64,000 nt of DNA, taken from an uncultured Enterobacteriaceae bacterium (GTDB lineage Bacteria; Pseudomonadota; Gammaproteobacteria; Ga0077536). Below the pieces are notes generated by a model. That model saw nothing but the letters and a program-made list of their open reading frames with translations. It made no database searches and was not told the DNA's origin. Position 1 is the stretch's first letter. Every line of letters starts with the position of its first letter. Where the stretch lies: assembly GCA_964523765.1 (NCBI GenBank), contig CAZFZX010000004.1, positions 1,394 through 65,393 of the forward strand, written 5' to 3'. Below are positions 37,092 to 46,311 of the stretch, one piece after another. A program made the translations under genes and the position numbers.

Positions 37092-37748
37092 TTAAACCGC
37101 GCCTATAAGACTCATCGCTTCGCGCAACGCGTTGGGGGCACTGTCCGCCGTAGCATCGGCACCGAATCGTTGTACGGTGTCCGCAGTGATGGGCGCACCG
37201 CCGATCATGATCTTTACGTCGGGATTTTTCGCGCGGATCATCTCGATGATCTTTTTCATTCCCATCATCGTCGTCGTCATCATCGTCGACAGGCACACGA
37301 GCTGAGCACCTGTTTTGACCTGCTCTTCCACGAACGCATCCGGCGCCACGTCCTGCCCCAAATCGTGGACGGTAAAACCGGCCACGTCCAGCATCATCTT
37401 GACGAGATTCTTGCCGATGTCATGGATATCGCCTTGGACGGTGCCGATGACGACATCGCAATTGATATTGCCGGCGCCGGTAAGTTCCACGTGCGGCTGC
37501 AGAATTTCGAGGCCGGCGTAAAGGGCGTCAGAGGACAACAGAACTTCGGGGACAAAATACTCGCCGTTATCCCACAATTCGCCGACCTTCTCCATACCGG
37601 CCGCGAGGCCGCTCATGATCGCATCGTAAGCGTCCAGGCCCGCCCCGATCGCCTCCTCGCTCGTGGCCTTCACACCGTCTTCGTCGAACTCCACCACGCC
37701 GTCGATCAAGCGCTGCAGAATCTCCTGACGTTTCGTTTCGTCAACCAT
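37092..37748 (-). CDS. Corrinoid (B12-binding) protein of a methyltransferase system
   Basis: B12-binding DxHxxG motif in GTVQGDIHDIGKNLV, an N-terminal helical cap, and a 218-aa length. ATG at 37748 follows GAGGAG. The ORF is open to a TTG at 37814. Confidence 0.85.
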   Translation of the reverse strand: MVDETKRQEILQRLIDGVVEFDEDGVKATSEEAIGAGLDAYDAIMSGLAAGMEKVGELWDNGEYFVPEVLLSSDALYAGLEILQPHVELTGAGNINCDVVIGTVQGDIHDIGKNLVKMMLDVAGFTVHDLGQDVAPDAFVEEQVKTGAQLVCLSTMMTTTMMGMKKIIEMIRAKNPDVKIMIGGAPITADTVQRFGADATADSAPNALREAMSLIGAV

Positions 37749-37810
37749 GCTGTTCTCCTCGCCCTTGCGGCTCTCTCTTATCGCCGGGTAGGTTGCCGCT
37801 CTTACCCGGT

Positions 37811-38890
37811 TCAACCATAGTAGCCAAAATCATTCGACGCCTTGGCCATCATCCACACATTGTGCGGGATCGCCTGCGGCGGCATTTCACACCCGGGTGC
37901 GAGGATAAAACCGCGCTCGTGCTTCTTGCCTTTCTCGACAGCCACACGACACTTCTCGTAGACCTCATCGGCGGTACCCACCTGGAATAACGCCGGCTCG
38001 ATGTTGCCGAGGAGCATATAGTCCGGAAAGCTGGCACTGGCCTTTTCGAGGTCGACCTCGTGCGATACGCTGATGATACTGAGCGGTGGCAGCGGCACAT
38101 CGGGATAGAATTCGTAGTTGAGATTTTGTTCGCCGCAAAGGTGAAAAACGATCGACGGCGCGCCCATATCGATGATCTTGGTGTGATACTCGATGAGGTA
38201 CGGCATCACGAATTTTTCGAAGGTCTTCGGCGAAATAATGACGTTGGCAGCGGAGGCGGTACTGTTTAGGGGCCAGAAACTCGCCGGGCCGACGATATCG
38301 CACATGATCTGCATAAATTTCACCAGGAAATCCGTTGCATAGCGGATGACGTGGTGGGCGAGGTCCGGTTGCTTGACCGACCATCTGCACATGCGATCGA
38401 GACCGACGATGTTTCCGGCTGTCGTCCACGGACCGTACACGGGTACTACGAACGGCAGCCCGGCATCCTTAATCAAGTGAGCGACCTCGATAAAAGTCGG
38501 AACGAACCCTAGCGTCTTGAGTTTTTCCGGATCGATGAATTCCAACGCCCAGGCGTCATCCTCGGTAGTGATCGCCGGCTCGACGTTCGGGCATTGCGAG
38601 AATTCACCGGTTGGCCACACCACTTCCGCCCCGAGCTCCGCCGGCCCAAGCGCGGGATAACCGCCAAAAGGAAGCCACATGGCGCCGTATTGGTCAGACG
38701 TCATTTGCCCGGATTCGAAGGACTTCAGCGTGTCGCTGTACCAGTCCATGACGCTGTAGCCGACATTGACCCCTAGAAACGCGAAACCAAAAATCGTGAA
38801 CGGCACCCGGTCGATCGGCTTTCCCGACAACAGGGCTTCGGCACGTTCTTCTCCCGACATGGTGTCTTTATGAAAAAGCGGCATTCCCAT
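37811..38890 (-). CDS. Uroporphyrinogen-decarboxylase-family (MtaA/MT-I-like) methyltransferase
   Basis: 359-aa URO-D-fold ORF immediately upstream of the corrinoid protein. It is a paralogue-type of 19655-20695. Confidence 0.7.
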   Translation of the reverse strand: MGMPLFHKDTMSGEERAEALLSGKPIDRVPFTIFGFAFLGVNVGYSVMDWYSDTLKSFESGQMTSDQYGAMWLPFGGYPALGPAELGAEVVWPTGEFSQCPNVEPAITTEDDAWALEFIDPEKLKTLGFVPTFIEVAHLIKDAGLPFVVPVYGPWTTAGNIVGLDRMCRWSVKQPDLAHHVIRYATDFLVKFMQIMCDIVGPASFWPLNSTASAANVIISPKTFEKFVMPYLIEYHTKIIDMGAPSIVFHLCGEQNLNYEFYPDVPLPPLSIISVSHEVDLEKASASFPDYMLLGNIEPALFQVGTADEVYEKCRVAVEKGKKHERGFILAPGCEMPPQAIPHNVWMMAKASNDFGYYG

Positions 38891-39022
38891 GGCCTAGGTC
38901 CTCCTGATTGCAACGTTTATCTTGCGCGCGGGTCGAGGCGGAAATCCGCCGGCACAACAGAACCCCCCACGCTTTTGAGTATCGCGTCGTACAAGCATAG
39001 ATTAGGGTGAGATCAGACAAAG

Positions 39023-39036
39023 TTGATCGAAATCAA
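39023..39036. promoter_or_regulatory. Consensus FNR box upstream of the methyltransferase/corrinoid operon
   Basis: Perfect TTGAT-CGAA-ATCAA within the 16-bp palindrome gTTGATCGAAATCAAc. On the minus strand TATGCT (38999-38994) sits at class-II -10 spacing. The box lies about 140 bp upstream of the ATG at 38890. Confidence 0.6.
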
Positions 39037-39111
39037 CCGGATAGCAACGGAGCCCGGAATTCGTCGAAAGGTCGCCGACAAAATGCTCAAAAGGGGCCGG
39101 CGAAGGGAACG

Positions 39112-39876
39112 TCAGCGCACGAAATCCATCTGCTGCACCTCGGCGCCGGGGGGTATGACGACAAACTCGTCGCGATCGAGGTCCGTTGCGTCCACTTGCC
39201 AGACCAGGCGTTCGAGGAGCGTCGGTGTCCCTAGCATCTCGTCGTAGACCACACCGAGAAGATCCGCCACTGCCTGCGATTCGCTACGGTAGCGGCTGAG
39301 TTCCTCAGGTGTGAACGCGACGAGCACGACCCGCTGATAGTGCACGTAGACTCGGGCGATCAATTGCCGAGCTTTTTCCTCTCCATGACGCTCCGACCAT
39401 TCCCGTAACTGGCCCAAGGGATGGAAACCGCTTTCCAACCATCCCTCGCTGAGGTAATAGGTCCCCGGATGGCGTTGGAAATCTTCAAGGTATTTCTGGT
39501 ACGAACCCATCAGGATGGCGATGCAATCGTCCGTGCGCGGAATGACCAGCGTATGCCGTCCGGCTCGCAAACCGACCAGACCGTTGCCGCACAAACCGTA
39601 TCCGAGCAGCACGATGCCCGGCTTGACCGCCGCATCCAATACGACTTGAAGTTCGGACGCCATCTCGCCGGGGGTGCAGTGCAAACCGTAATCCATGAAG
39701 CTGCAGGACGCCAGTTCCGGCAGTTTGTCCAACAGCGGTTGCAAAGCGCGTTGCAGCACTTGGCAGCTGACGACATACACGTCTCGCGGCTCACGCTTTC
39801 GGGTTTGAGCGCTACGTGTTTCTTCGGCTGCATTGGTGTAGGTCAAAGTCCGCTCCGATCCGTCTTCACCACCCAT
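39112..39876 (-). CDS. DUF1638-like protein (family recurrently linked to corrinoid methyltransferase genes)
   Basis: VLLGYGLCGNGLVGL, IPRTDDCIAILMGS and GTYYLSEGW blocks resemble DUF1638. Confidence 0.6.
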   Translation of the reverse strand: MGGEDGSERTLTYTNAAEETRSAQTRKREPRDVYVVSCQVLQRALQPLLDKLPELASCSFMDYGLHCTPGEMASELQVVLDAAVKPGIVLLGYGLCGNGLVGLRAGRHTLVIPRTDDCIAILMGSYQKYLEDFQRHPGTYYLSEGWLESGFHPLGQLREWSERHGEEKARQLIARVYVHYQRVVLVAFTPEELSRYRSESQAVADLLGVVYDEMLGTPTLLERLVWQVDATDLDRDEFVVIPPGAEVQQMDFVR

Positions 39877-39910
39877 ATGATTCTAGCGCATTCTCATACG
39901 CTAAATGAGT

Positions 39911-40025
39911 GTTCCGAAATATCGATCAGTTTCGAATCGGTGACCGGCGAGCATACGCCGTCACCGTCATACCGGGCTCGACCCGGTATCCAGTAGAAGA
40001 AACCCGCCGCAGGCGGACATTGATT
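39911..40025. repeat. Three-hairpin intergenic repeat, copy C (3'-truncated)
   Basis: gttccgaaatatcgatcagtttcgaat... then tcaccgtcataccgggctcgacccggtatccagtagaagaaacccgccgcaggcggacattg. About 90% identical to copy A through hairpin 2. The third hairpin is missing. Confidence 0.7.
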
Positions 40026-40066
40026 CGTTAGTTCGTAAGCCCGAGATACCGCGAGGAATCGAAATG

Positions 40067-40138
40067 AACCACGGAGAACACGGAAATAAGGATATGAATT
40101 TGCTATCCAAAAACATCCCCTCCGTGTTCTTCGTGGTT
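40067..40138. repeat. Long imperfect inverted repeat (18-bp arms, 36-nt loop)
   Basis: aaccacggagaacacgga (40067-40084) pairs with tccgtgttcttcgtggtt (40121-40138), 17/18 complementary. It lies just downstream of the CoA-ligase stop. Confidence 0.5.
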
Positions 40139-40210
40139 TCATTTTTGACGCGCAGCTATGTCTACGGCTCGATTAAGGCGGGAAGATCCTGCTTGTTAAC
40201 GCATTCTTAC

Positions 40211-41509
40211 TTAATCAATACGTTTGTAACGCCGGGCTTTGAGTTCGTAACGCGGGAGGCTGCCGGCGGCGGCCTCTGCTACCGAGACGCCAATGTTGAA
40301 GGTATCGCGAAAGGCGGCGAGGATGCGCGCCTCGGCTTGATCGAAATCGGTGTCGCCATTCGTCTCGACCCGGATGGTCAGCGCATCCATCCCGCGGATG
40401 CGTTGAATATTGACTTCGTATTCGACAATCTCCGGGAGCGCGCGGATCAGATTATCGATGGCGCTCGGGTATAGATTTACCCCGCGCACAACAAACATAT
40501 CGTCGGCACGTCCGAGTACGCCGCCCTTGATACGGGCGAACGTACGACCACAAGCGCACCCCTCATTGGTCAATTCAACGAGATCCCCCGTTCTATACCG
40601 CAGCAGCGGCATACATTGGCGCCCGAAATTGGTGATGACGAGTTCACCCCGTTCGCCTTCGGCAGCGGGTTGGGTGCTTTCGGGGTCGATCACTTCAAAG
40701 ACAAAATCGTGCTCGTTCAGATGCATTCCCGCGCCATCGGCCTGGCAGGTGAACCCCCACGCGCCGACCTCCGTCGCCCCGACATGGTCATAACAACGGG
40801 CTCCCCACGCGGTCTCAATAGCGCGCTTCACGTTCGGCACGTTCGCGCCCGGCTCGCCCGCGTTAATCAACGTGCGGATATTCGAGCCGCGGATGTCGAT
40901 CTGCTGTTCGCGTGCTACTTCGGCGAGCCTGAGCGCGTAGGTCGGCGTACATACGAGCACGGTGCAACGGTTATCCAGTATCATCTCGAGTCGTCGCTCG
41001 CTGCTCATCCCGGCACCAGAAATACATAAAGCACCGAGCCGGCGGGCACCGTCGATCGCGATCCAGTGACTGATGTAGGGTCCAAATGAAAACGGCAAAT
41101 AGACGATGTCGTCGCTGGTTACGCCGGCGCCGGTATACACGTATTGCCAGCATTCGGTCCAGCCTTGCCAACTCTCCTCGGTATCCAGCCACTTGAGGGG
41201 TTTACCGGTAGTACCGGAGGTTTGGTGGAAATAGGTGTATTCGGACAGCGGATGGCTCAGCAGGTCGCCGAACGGCGGCGACTCGAGTTGTGAAGCGAGC
41301 AGTTCGGACTTGGTCGTAAACGGCAACTGCGCCAACGCATCCAGCGAGTCGATATCCTCGGCCTTTACCCCCGCTTCCTCGAGCTTTCGTTTGTAGAAGG
41401 GATTCGCGTGCAGGCCCGTGACGAGGTTGCGCAGACGTTCGTACTGCACGCTCCGGATCCTCTCCCGGGGCAACGTCTCGATTTCACGACGGAAATATTG
41501 ATGTGTCAC
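40211..41509 (-). CDS. Phenylacetate-CoA-ligase-family (PaaK-like) aryl/acyl-CoA ligase
   Basis: Length and pattern of PaaK/F390-synthetase family (YFHQTSGTTGKPLKW, INAGEPG, RYRTGDL). Start set at the GTG at 41509 (VTHQYFRREIETLPRE), which gives 433 aa. The ORF is open to a TTG at 41611. Confidence 0.8.
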   Translation of the reverse strand: MTHQYFRREIETLPRERIRSVQYERLRNLVTGLHANPFYKRKLEEAGVKAEDIDSLDALAQLPFTTKSELLASQLESPPFGDLLSHPLSEYTYFHQTSGTTGKPLKWLDTEESWQGWTECWQYVYTGAGVTSDDIVYLPFSFGPYISHWIAIDGARRLGALCISGAGMSSERRLEMILDNRCTVLVCTPTYALRLAEVAREQQIDIRGSNIRTLINAGEPGANVPNVKRAIETAWGARCYDHVGATEVGAWGFTCQADGAGMHLNEHDFVFEVIDPESTQPAAEGERGELVITNFGRQCMPLLRYRTGDLVELTNEGCACGRTFARIKGGVLGRADDMFVVRGVNLYPSAIDNLIRALPEIVEYEVNIQRIRGMDALTIRVETNGDTDFDQAEARILAAFRDTFNIGVSVAEAAAGSLPRYELKARRYKRID

Positions 41510-41602
41510 TTCGGCGCCCTCTATTCCAGCTTCTACCCAAATCGGGGCAACCGCGCTTGTCGCACTTGATTCCTGCCCCCCCGTGGGAATAGTATATAAA
41601 CA

Positions 41603-42244
41603 GTGGTTCAAAATTTAAACAACGGTTCATATCGGCCCTCGGACCGCGTCCAGCGCCGCGCCGAGGCGCGCCGCTATGAGATACTGCGGGCCGCTTCGAA
41701 AGTGTTCCGCAAACGGGGTTTCGACGCCGCGAGTATGCGCGAAATAGCGGCCGAAGCCGATCTGTCGCCCGGCAATCTCTATCACTATTTCAGCGGCAAG
41801 GTCGAGATCCTGTACTTCTGTCAGGACCGGGCGCTCGATCGGATGCTGGCGGCGCTGAAGGCCGCCAGTGAATCGGGGGCGCCCTATGTCGAGCAAGTGG
41901 ACGCCGTGATCCGGGCCCATTTATGCTGCATGCTCGACGAACTGGAAGGATCGACGGCCCATCTGCAGGTAGAAGCACTGCCCGATGAAATGCAGACCCG
42001 GATCATCGCCAAACGCGGGCGCTACGAAAAGGCGATACGAAACCTGGTAGAGAACGGCATCGATAGTGGAGAATTCGCCACCTGTGACCCGACCTTGGTG
42101 ACGCGGGCAATGCTCGGCTCCTTGAACTGGGCGACGCGATGGTACCGACCGAACGGCCGTTATTCGGCAGCGGAGATCGGTGAGGAATTCGCGAACTACC
42201 TAGTCGGGGGGCTGGTCAGCGCGCCGCCGCCGACTACCGTGTAA
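41603..42244 (+). CDS. TetR-family transcriptional regulator
   Basis: N-terminal HTH ILRAASKVFRKRGFDAASMREIAAEADLSPGNLYHYF. Start codon uncertain (GTG at 41603). Confidence 0.8.
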   Translation: MVQNLNNGSYRPSDRVQRRAEARRYEILRAASKVFRKRGFDAASMREIAAEADLSPGNLYHYFSGKVEILYFCQDRALDRMLAALKAASESGAPYVEQVDAVIRAHLCCMLDELEGSTAHLQVEALPDEMQTRIIAKRGRYEKAIRNLVENGIDSGEFATCDPTLVTRAMLGSLNWATRWYRPNGRYSAAEIGEEFANYLVGGLVSAPPPTTV

Positions 42245-42272
42245 GTACAGCGAGCGCAATCTGGAGGCTAGC

Positions 42273-42809
42273 GTGAACGACTTCGTTACATCGGATCCAA
42301 TAGACCGCGACAACGTGCATGGTACGTTTATCGTCAACGGTGAACGCATTCAAGTGTCTTTCGCACCGAACAAGACACTGCTCGAGGTGCTGCGCGAGGA
42401 ACTCGGTTTGACCGGAACCAAGCACGGTTGTGAACTGGGCGAGTGTGGCGCCTGCGCGGTTCTGATTAAGGGCAAGCCCGTGCTGTCTTGTCTGACGCTA
42501 GCGCTCGAAAGCACCGATACCCCGATCGATACCATCGAGGGGATGGCCGTAGACGGGGAATTGGATCCGCTGCAAGCCGCTTTTGCCGACCTCGGCGGTT
42601 CGCAGTGCGGCTATTGCACGCCGGGGGTATTGTTGACGACCAAAGCGCTGCTTGCGAGCGAACCGGCGCCGAGTCGCGATCAACTACGCGAGGCCTTGTC
42701 CGGCAATTTGTGCCGATGTACGGGATATCAACAGATCTTCGAGGCGATCGAGGCGGCCATCGTCGCGCTTCCGGATCAGGGCAAGAAAACGGCCGGAGCA
42801 CCGTCATGA
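42273..42809 (+). CDS. hcrC: Xanthine-dehydrogenase-family small subunit, two [2Fe-2S] (HcrC/CoxS-like)
   Basis: GCELGECGACAV and GGSQCGYCTPG...CRCTGY motifs. Confidence 0.8.
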   Translation: MNDFVTSDPIDRDNVHGTFIVNGERIQVSFAPNKTLLEVLREELGLTGTKHGCELGECGACAVLIKGKPVLSCLTLALESTDTPIDTIEGMAVDGELDPLQAAFADLGGSQCGYCTPGVLLTTKALLASEPAPSRDQLREALSGNLCRCTGYQQIFEAIEAAIVALPDQGKKTAGAPS

Positions 42810-45280
42810 AACAGCGGGACAAATTCGAGGTGATCGGAAAACCGCGTCGGCGGGTAGACGGCCGTGCCAAAGTGACGGGACAGACAGTGTTCGCCGACGA
42901 TATCGTGCTGCCGCGGATGCTGCACACGAAGCTGTTACGCTCGCCCCATCCCCACGCCGACATCGAGAGGATCGATACGACGCGAGCCGCACGCCACCCT
43001 GGTGTACATCTTGTATTGACCGGCGCCGACATCCCCAACGAATACGGCATTCTGCCGGTCAGCCAGGACGAGCAGGCCCTGCGCACCGACCGGGTACGGT
43101 TTGTCGGCGACCCAGTGGCGGCGGTCATCGCCAAAGACGAATTCACGGCGACCGAAGCCCTCGAGCTGATCGACGTCTCCTACAATCCCTTGCCGACAAT
43201 CGCCAACCCCGAAGAGGCTCTGTCTCAAGGCGAGGTGCGTCTGCATGACTACAGCGAAGAGGGCAACATCCACAAGCGCCTTGCCTATTCTTTCGGCGAC
43301 GTCGACGAAGCCTTGGAGTCCGCGGATCGGGTGTTCGAAGATTGCTTCTTCTATGAAGGCAACACCCACCTGCCGATGGAACAACACGCAGCCGTCGCAA
43401 CCGTCGACCCCGACGGCAAGCTCACGCTCCGTTCGAGTACCCAATGCCCGCATTACGTGCACCGGGCATTAGCAAAGGTCCTGGAAATCCCGCAAGCCCA
43501 CATCCGGGTGATTGCCCACCCCAATGGCGGCGGCTTCGGCGGCAAGACCGATCCTTTCGGGCACGAGATCGTCGTCGCCAAAGCCGCACTGGCGTTGGGG
43601 CGACCCGTCAAGATCTGCTTGACCCGGGAAGAAGTTTTCTATTGCCACCGCGGCAGGCATCCGGTGATCATGAAGCTGCGCACCGGTGTGACCAAGGACG
43701 GAAAATTGACCGGTATGCATCTACAGACGCTGTTGGATGGCGGCAGCTACGGGTCCTACGGCATCGCCAGCACGTTCTACACTGCGGTGCTGCAGCCCGT
43801 GACCTATCATCTACCTCGTTACCAGTTCAACGCCTGTCGGGTTTTCACCAACAAACCCCCGTGCGGACCAAAACGCGGCCACGGAACTCCGCAATCGCGA
43901 TTCGGCCAGGAGGTGCAGCTCGACAAAATCGCCGAGGCGCTCGACCGGGATCCGGCCGAGCTACGACTCAACATCGTCACCGAGCCCAACAGCCTGACGG
44001 CGAATTTTCTGCAGATCGGCACTAACGGTCTGGCCGAGTGTATCAAGCGGGTGACCGAACGGTCGGATTGGAAAAACAAACATCGCAAACTACCCGACGG
44101 GCACGGCGTCGGCCTCGCGTGTTCTTCGTATCTGACGGGCGCCGGTAACGCGATCTACTGGAACAAGATGCCGCATACCGGTGTGCAACTGCAGCTTGAC
44201 CGCAGCGGGCTGGTAACCGTGTTCTGCGGCGCCACCGAAGTCGGGCAAGGATCGGACGACGTGCTGGTTGCCTCGGTCGCCGAGATTTTGGGTATCACCC
44301 CGGCCGAGGTCAAGTGCATCACCGGCGACACCGATCTCACCCCGGTGGATCTGGGCTCCTATTCAAGCCGCGTTACTTTAATGATGGGTAACGCCGCGAT
44401 CGACGCGGCCGAGCGCGCACGCGCGCTGATCGGCGAGGCGGTTGCGGTGCGGCTGGAACGGCCGGTGCAAAACCTCGTGTTCAGCGGCGGCAACGTTTTT
44501 GACGCCGGCGATCCTGCCACCGGTATGACCTTTCAAGAGGCCGTCGTGTGTGCGGAGGAACGCCACGGCACCCTGGGAACTACGGGTTCGTACGCTCCGC
44601 CGAAGCCGCCGGCGCAATTCAAAGGCGGTGGCGTGGGGCCGTCGCCCGCTTATTCCTTTACGGCTGCCGTCGTCGAAGTCGAGGTCGATCCCGCAACCGG
44701 CTGGATCACGGTTCCCCGGGTATACGTAGCTCACGATGTCGGTCGCGCGCTGAACCCGGTGCTGGTCCGTGGGCAGGTACAAGGCAGCGTCTACATGGGC
44801 CTTGGTGAGGCACTGATGGAAGAACAGGTCTTCCGCCGTCTGCCGCCGAAGTTGTCCGCCGCAATGGTCCACAAGAACCCGTCGCTGCTGGAGTACAAGA
44901 GCCTCACGTCGCTGGATATGCCCGAGGTAATTACCGATCTGATCGAAGACCCGGATCCGAATGGACCGTTCGGCGGCAAGGAGGCAGGTCAGGGACCGCT
45001 GCTTCCTATCATGCCGGCCGTCGCCAACGCTGTATACGACGCGGTGGGGGTCCGGATCGATGCGGTCCCGATCACGCCGGACAAGGTGCTGCAGGCGCTC
45101 GAACTCAAAGCTGCGGGGAAAGACCCGCGTTACGGGCCGTCGACCTTTCCGACCGTCGACTGGCCGGAGCCGTACTTCGTACTGCCCCCGTGGGAAGGCG
45201 GCGACGGCACCGCCAGCAACCGCCCCGAACGTAAACGCGCAGCAAAGATGCACGTCATGGATAAGGTGCACTCATCATGA
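42806..45280 (+). CDS. hcrA: Xanthine-dehydrogenase-family molybdopterin large subunit (HcrA-like)
   Basis: MKQRDKFEVIGKPRRRVDGRAKVTGQTVFADDI start. GGGFGGK. The ATG at 42806 overlaps the small-subunit stop (ATGA) and lies 7 nt after GGAG. Confidence 0.8.
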   Translation: MKQRDKFEVIGKPRRRVDGRAKVTGQTVFADDIVLPRMLHTKLLRSPHPHADIERIDTTRAARHPGVHLVLTGADIPNEYGILPVSQDEQALRTDRVRFVGDPVAAVIAKDEFTATEALELIDVSYNPLPTIANPEEALSQGEVRLHDYSEEGNIHKRLAYSFGDVDEALESADRVFEDCFFYEGNTHLPMEQHAAVATVDPDGKLTLRSSTQCPHYVHRALAKVLEIPQAHIRVIAHPNGGGFGGKTDPFGHEIVVAKAALALGRPVKICLTREEVFYCHRGRHPVIMKLRTGVTKDGKLTGMHLQTLLDGGSYGSYGIASTFYTAVLQPVTYHLPRYQFNACRVFTNKPPCGPKRGHGTPQSRFGQEVQLDKIAEALDRDPAELRLNIVTEPNSLTANFLQIGTNGLAECIKRVTERSDWKNKHRKLPDGHGVGLACSSYLTGAGNAIYWNKMPHTGVQLQLDRSGLVTVFCGATEVGQGSDDVLVASVAEILGITPAEVKCITGDTDLTPVDLGSYSSRVTLMMGNAAIDAAERARALIGEAVAVRLERPVQNLVFSGGNVFDAGDPATGMTFQEAVVCAEERHGTLGTTGSYAPPKPPAQFKGGGVGPSPAYSFTAAVVEVEVDPATGWITVPRVYVAHDVGRALNPVLVRGQVQGSVYMGLGEALMEEQVFRRLPPKLSAAMVHKNPSLLEYKSLTSLDMPEVITDLIEDPDPNGPFGGKEAGQGPLLPIMPAVANAVYDAVGVRIDAVPITPDKVLQALELKAAGKDPRYGPSTFPTVDWPEPYFVLPPWEGGDGTASNRPERKRAAKMHVMDKVHSS

Positions 45281-46299
45281 TGCGACTGCCCTATTTCCGG
45301 TATTACGCGCCGTCTGATATCCAGGAAGCCGCCCAGATGCTCGCGAATGAAGGGAGCGACGCAATGCTGCTGGCCGGCGGAACCGATCTGCTGCCGAACA
45401 TGAAACGCCGCCAGCAGGAGCCTCGCACGCTGATCGCGCTCGGCGGGATCGAAGCCTTGCGCTCGCTACACAACGGCTCCGAAACGCGGCTGGGCACGGG
45501 TTTGACCCTGACGCAATTGGTCGAGGACGCGTCGCTTAAGACGAACTATCGTGGTTTATGGCAGGCGGCCGCCCAGGTTGCCTCGCCGCATCTGCGTAAC
45601 ATGGGGACGCTTGGCGGCAATTTGTGTCTCGACACGCGATGCCACTACTACAATCAGAACTACGATTGGCGCAAGGCGATAGACTTCTGTATGAAGAAAG
45701 CTGGCGAAACCTGCTGGGTCGCCACGCGCAGCCGAAAGTGCGTCGCGGTGTCATCCACCGACACGGCGCCGATGCTCGTCGCCCTTGGGGCGAAGGTCCG
45801 TCTGGTATCCGCTAACGACGAACGCGTGCTCGACCTGTCGGATTTCTATCAAAACGATGGTATCGATTATTTGACGCGCCGGCCGGCGGAAATCATGACG
45901 GAAGTGATCCTGCCACCGGCCGACGGTTGGCGCAGCAGCTATTGGAAACTGCGGCGTCGCGGGTCGTTCGATTTCCCGGTCCTGGCGGCCGCGGTCGCGG
46001 TCGAAATCGACGGCGACGGAACGGTATCGCAAGCGCGGATCGTGCTCGGTGCAACGGCACCGCAACCGGTCTCCTGTGATGCGGCGGCGGCGTTGCTGAT
46101 CGGTCAACGCCTCACCGACGAGGTGATCGAACAGGCGGCCAAAAAGGCCGCCAGCCGCGCGAAACCAATGGATAACGCGGACTTCACGACGCAATGGCGG
46201 AAACGCGTAGCCGCACAATTCGTCGGCTACGCGTTAAGCGAAGTACGCGGCGACGACCTAAGCGACACCCGGAAACGGATTGCCGGCCAGGTGCTTTAG
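45277..46299 (+). CDS. hcrB: Xanthine-dehydrogenase-family FAD subunit with a Cys-rich insertion (HcrB-like)
   Basis: FAD-binding LLAGGTDLLPNMK. The insertion LCLDTRCHYYNQNYDWRKAIDFCMKKAGETCWVATRSRKC places Cys at positions 122, 138, 146 and 155 of this ORF. Confidence 0.75.
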   Translation: MMRLPYFRYYAPSDIQEAAQMLANEGSDAMLLAGGTDLLPNMKRRQQEPRTLIALGGIEALRSLHNGSETRLGTGLTLTQLVEDASLKTNYRGLWQAAAQVASPHLRNMGTLGGNLCLDTRCHYYNQNYDWRKAIDFCMKKAGETCWVATRSRKCVAVSSTDTAPMLVALGAKVRLVSANDERVLDLSDFYQNDGIDYLTRRPAEIMTEVILPPADGWRSSYWKLRRRGSFDFPVLAAAVAVEIDGDGTVSQARIVLGATAPQPVSCDAAAALLIGQRLTDEVIEQAAKKAASRAKPMDNADFTTQWRKRVAAQFVGYALSEVRGDDLSDTRKRIAGQVL

Positions 46300-46311
46300 C
46301 AGTCGGTAAGG

